Shown: one piece after another, positions 25,609 to 28,587 of the stretch | Layout: the number at the start of each line of letters is the position of its first letter | Numbering within the stretch: position 1 is the first letter of the stretch | Assembly (NCBI GenBank): GCA_964012805.1 | Contig: CAXGUD010000045.1 | Location: forward strand, 1-28,587 | Origin: an uncultured Bacteriovoracaceae bacterium | Lineage (GTDB): Bacteria > Bdellovibrionota > Bacteriovoracia > Bacteriovoracales > Bacteriovoracaceae | Reading direction: 5' to 3' | Length of the DNA: 28,587 bases | Program-made: the position numbers and the translations under genes | The notes under the pieces: model-generated | Seen by the model: only the letters and a program-made list of their open reading frames with translations | Databases searched by the model: none | What the model was told of the DNA's origin: nothing

Positions 25609-27159
25609 ATGGGCTATGGTTTTGTCATTGATAATAGAACTTGTATTGGTTGTCATGCCTGCTCCACAGCTTGCAAAAGTGAAAATGATGTACCCCTTGG
25701 GATTAACCGAACTTGGGTTAAATACACTGAAGTTGGTAAATACCCAGAGGTGAAAAGAGGTTTTCAAGTTACAAGGTGTAACCATTGTGAAAATCCACCT
25801 TGTGTTGCTATCTGCCCGACAGAATCAATGTATAAAAGAAAGGATGGGATTGTAGACTTTGATCCGGAGGTTTGTATTGGTTGTAAAGGGTGTATTCAAG
25901 CCTGTCCTTATGATGCTATCGACATAGACCCTGTTACAAGCTCTGCTTCAAAGTGTAATTTTTGCGCCCACAGGACCGAAATAGGGCTTGAGCCAGCTTG
26001 TGTAACTGTATGTCCAACTCATTCAATTATTGCTGGAGATATGAGCGAATCTGATTCAGAAATATCTCAGGTATTAAAAAAACATCCTGTAAGTGTGAGA
26101 AAACCGGAGCAAGGAACATCTCCGAAGCTTTTTTATATTGAAGGGCAAGCTGTTTCATTAATTCCTACATCTACTGCGGTTGGTGAGCAGTATATGTGGT
26201 CAGAGAGAGTGAGTGAGCAAGATTCATGTGGGCCTATTGAAGAAAAAAATGTTGTAGCTTCCTCTCATATGACTCAAGTTGCTTACAATGCTCAACATAA
26301 GATACATTGGCATTGGCCTGTTCCAACATACTTTGTAACAAAAAGTATTGGCACTGGAATCTTTATGTTATTGGCTCTTTTTTTAGGTTTAGGGTGGTTA
26401 TCATTTAATATAGAAACAGTTCTGGCACTTACTTTTGGTAGCCTCTTCTTTATTGTTGTTACAACGGCCCTACTTGTTTATGATTTGGAACACCCTCTTC
26501 GTTTCCTTTATATTGTTTTTAAACCTCAATGGAAAAGTTGGCTTACAAAAGGTGCCTTCATACTAATCGCCTTTTCCAACTTAGCGGGTCTTTGGTTTGT
26601 TTTAGAGTTTTTTTACTGGTTTAAAGACATGGCCCCACCTTTTTGGCTTGAATCAATTAGACCTTTTGTGTACTTTTTGGGCTTTTTCCTGGCCACTGCA
26701 AGTTCTGCCTATACAGCTTTTTTATTTGGACAAGCTGAAGGAAGAGATTTGTGGCAGTCTTCAAGTTTTCCATTGCATCTCATTGTTCACAGCTTTATGT
26801 GTGGGAGTGCTTTTATTCTAGCAATGACTCCCTTCATTCCAACTGGAGAAATGTTAGCACCCTCAATGAAAAATATAATGATAGCAGGTATTTTGTTGGA
26901 CTTGATTGTTATTTGGAGTGAGTTTGGAATGAGCCATGCTAGTGAAATCGCTTCAAGAGCTGCCAAAGATATTACCCAAGGTTCCTTCAAGAAAATGTTT
27001 TGGGTCGGTGCTATTTTTGTTGGTCACATAGTCCCTACCTTGATTGTTTTAACGAATATTCCTTATTTTGAATTTTTAGCGCCCATATTTGTTTTTATTG
27101 GCCTTTATTTTTATGAATACGCTTTTGTAACTGCGCCTCAAAAAATACCAAATAGCTAA
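25609..27159 (+). CDS. Fused 4Fe-4S dicluster (NrfC/PsrB/DmsB-like) and NrfD/PsrC-like membrane anchor
   Basis: Four Cys groups: CIGCHACSTAC, CNHCENPPCVAICP, CIGCKGCIQACP, KCNFC...PACVTVCP. Then 'WHWPVPTYF', 'DLEHPLRF', 'SWLTKGA' and about 8 transmembrane segments. Confidence 0.92.
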   Translation: MGYGFVIDNRTCIGCHACSTACKSENDVPLGINRTWVKYTEVGKYPEVKRGFQVTRCNHCENPPCVAICPTESMYKRKDGIVDFDPEVCIGCKGCIQACPYDAIDIDPVTSSASKCNFCAHRTEIGLEPACVTVCPTHSIIAGDMSESDSEISQVLKKHPVSVRKPEQGTSPKLFYIEGQAVSLIPTSTAVGEQYMWSERVSEQDSCGPIEEKNVVASSHMTQVAYNAQHKIHWHWPVPTYFVTKSIGTGIFMLLALFLGLGWLSFNIETVLALTFGSLFFIVVTTALLVYDLEHPLRFLYIVFKPQWKSWLTKGAFILIAFSNLAGLWFVLEFFYWFKDMAPPFWLESIRPFVYFLGFFLATASSAYTAFLFGQAEGRDLWQSSSFPLHLIVHSFMCGSAFILAMTPFIPTGEMLAPSMKNIMIAGILLDLIVIWSEFGMSHASEIASRAAKDITQGSFKKMFWVGAIFVGHIVPTLIVLTNIPYFEFLAPIFVFIGLYFYEYAFVTAPQKIPNS

Positions 27160-27182
27160 TTATTAAAGGGAAGGACACGGTT

Positions 27183-28587
27183 ATGAGTTCAAAAATAAAA
27201 ATGTTACATGTAAAGCAAGATGATGGTCGGATGACGAGCTATCCACCTCAGGAGTTATGGGATAACTGGACAGAGTATGAATCTAGGGCCTGGCCAAGAA
27301 AGGTAGAAAAGAATTATAAACTTATTCCGACTGTTTGTTTTAATTGCGAAAGTGCTTGTGGTCTTCTTGCTTACGTAGACACTTCAAATTATGAAATAAG
27401 GAAATTCGAGGGAAACCCTCTTCATCCTGGATCAAGAGGGAGAAATTGTGCCAAAGGGCCTGCTACTCACAATCAAGTATACGATCCTGAGCGTATTCTT
27501 TATCCACTAAAAAGAGTTGGTAAGAGGGGCGAGGGAAAGTGGAAGAGGATTTCTTGGGATCAGGCCTTAGATGAAATTGGCACTAAGATGAGGGAGAGCC
27601 GCCAAAAAAGAAGAGACGGTATTATGTACCATGTGGGACGACCTGGAGAAGACCATTATGCCAACCGGTGTATAGTGTCTTGGGGAGTTGATGGACATAA
27701 CAGCCATACAAATGTTTGCTCTGCTAATGCCCGTCTTGGCTATTACCTCTGGGCAGGTTTTGATAGACCAAGTCCCGATCATGCGAACGCTAAGGTTATT
27801 CTTCTTATTTCGGCGCACTTGGAAAGTGGTCACTATTTTAATCCTCATGCTCAAAGAATTATGGAAGGGAAAATGAAGGGGGCAAAAATAATAACAATGG
27901 ACCCTCGTCTTAGTAATACGGCCAGTAAGAGTGATGTCTGGCTTTCAACTTGGCCTGGAAGTGAACCCGTTATTCTCCTGGCAATTGCGAATTACCTTAT
28001 TCAAAATAATCTCTATAACAAAGGTTTTGTAGAAAAGTGGGTCAATTGGGAAGAGACTCTAGAATTTTTTGTAGAAAAAGGTGATCAAATGGCCGATAGT
28101 GATGACCTCAAGGCCTTAAGACAAAATTGGCAGCAGGCCAAGAAAGAGAAAGGTGAGGATTGGTCTTTCAAATTTTTCCACTTTGAAACGTTTCTAAAAA
28201 TCCTTTACAAAGATTTTACTCTTGAGAGGGCGTCCATTGAGGCCCAAGTCCCTTTAAAATCAATTGTTGAGACGGCCAAAATTGTTTCAAAAGCGGAGGG
28301 AAAGTTAGCTGCCCACACCTGGCGTTCAGCGGCCATAGGTAATTTGGGAGGGTGGCAAGTAGCACGTTGTCTTTTCTTCCTGAATGTTTTAACCGGTAGT
28401 GTAGGAACTAAAGGAGGAACTTCAGGTAATTCATGGAATAAATTTACCCCAAAACCCTTCAGATCACCGCCTCAACTTGATTGTTGGAATGAGCTCCAAT
28501 TACCAAATGAGTGGCCGTTTGCTCATTTTGAAATGAGTTTTCTTCTTCCTCATTTTCTAGAAGAGGGTAGGGGAGATATAGATGTCT
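27183..28587 (+). CDS. Molybdopterin (DMSO reductase superfamily) oxidoreductase catalytic subunit, 3'-truncated; not in the ORF track
   Basis: Manual translation from ATG 27183 is open to the window end: 'PTVCFNCESACG...EGNPLHPGSRGRNCAKG', 'RILYPLKR...GKWKRISWDQALDEI', 'HTNVCS', 'DPRLSNTASKSD'. Confidence 0.93.
   Translation, partial: MSSKIKMLHVKQDDGRMTSYPPQELWDNWTEYESRAWPRKVEKNYKLIPTVCFNCESACGLLAYVDTSNYEIRKFEGNPLHPGSRGRNCAKGPATHNQVYDPERILYPLKRVGKRGEGKWKRISWDQALDEIGTKMRESRQKRRDGIMYHVGRPGEDHYANRCIVSWGVDGHNSHTNVCSANARLGYYLWAGFDRPSPDHANAKVILLISAHLESGHYFNPHAQRIMEGKMKGAKIITMDPRLSNTASKSDVWLSTWPGSEPVILLAIANYLIQNNLYNKGFVEKWVNWEETLEFFVEKGDQMADSDDLKALRQNWQQAKKEKGEDWSFKFFHFETFLKILYKDFTLERASIEAQVPLKSIVETAKIVSKAEGKLAAHTWRSAAIGNLGGWQVARCLFFLNVLTGSVGTKGGTSGNSWNKFTPKPFRSPPQLDCWNELQLPNEWPFAHFEMSFLLPHFLEEGRGDIDV

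Noticed and set aside
24906..27876. Short ORFs 24906..25127, 25540..25785, 26787..26990, 27567..27854, 27688..27876
   Set aside because: They lie within or antisense to the hydrolase, FeS/NrfD and molybdoenzyme genes.
27183..28587. Selenocysteine or formate dehydrogenase assignment for the molybdoenzyme
   Set aside because: No in-frame TGA in the visible part, and the ligand region reads HTNVCS rather than the FDH-type C/U-H motif.
1..28587. Host taxonomy and a horizontal-transfer claim for the iol locus
   Set aside because: No marker gene, integrase, tRNA or direct repeats are in the window; this cannot be supported without database searches.

Overview
AT-rich bacterial window. It is dominated by a large, split inositol-catabolism locus (about 2.5-20.3 kb): a sugar ABC transporter, iolG-iolC(+DUF2090)-iolD-iolE, iolB, two extra Gfo/Idh/MocA dehydrogenases, and a second, divergent lower-pathway operon (iolC2-iolB2-class II aldolase) that ends in a PhyH-family Fe(II)/2OG-type dioxygenase. 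The two halves are separated by a ~2 kb insert of very small genes. This insert includes two 53-aa paralogous single-pass membrane peptides flanking a stand-alone receiver (CheY-like) gene, plus a third 45-aa membrane peptide and a hexamer tandem repeat. The ORF track missed one of the 53-aa peptides and the 45-aa peptide. The left end has a truncated solute-binding protein, a DUF1295-DUF2177 fusion and a SOUL heme-binding protein. The right end has a VOC protein, an MntX-like putative Mn transporter, ahpCF with an OxyR-like operator, an alpha/beta hydrolase, a fused 4Fe-4S/NrfD subunit and a truncated molybdopterin oxidoreductase with no visible Tat signal (also absent from the ORF track). 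No rRNA, tRNA, CRISPR or IS element was recognised. All family calls come from motif recognition by eye, not from database searches.
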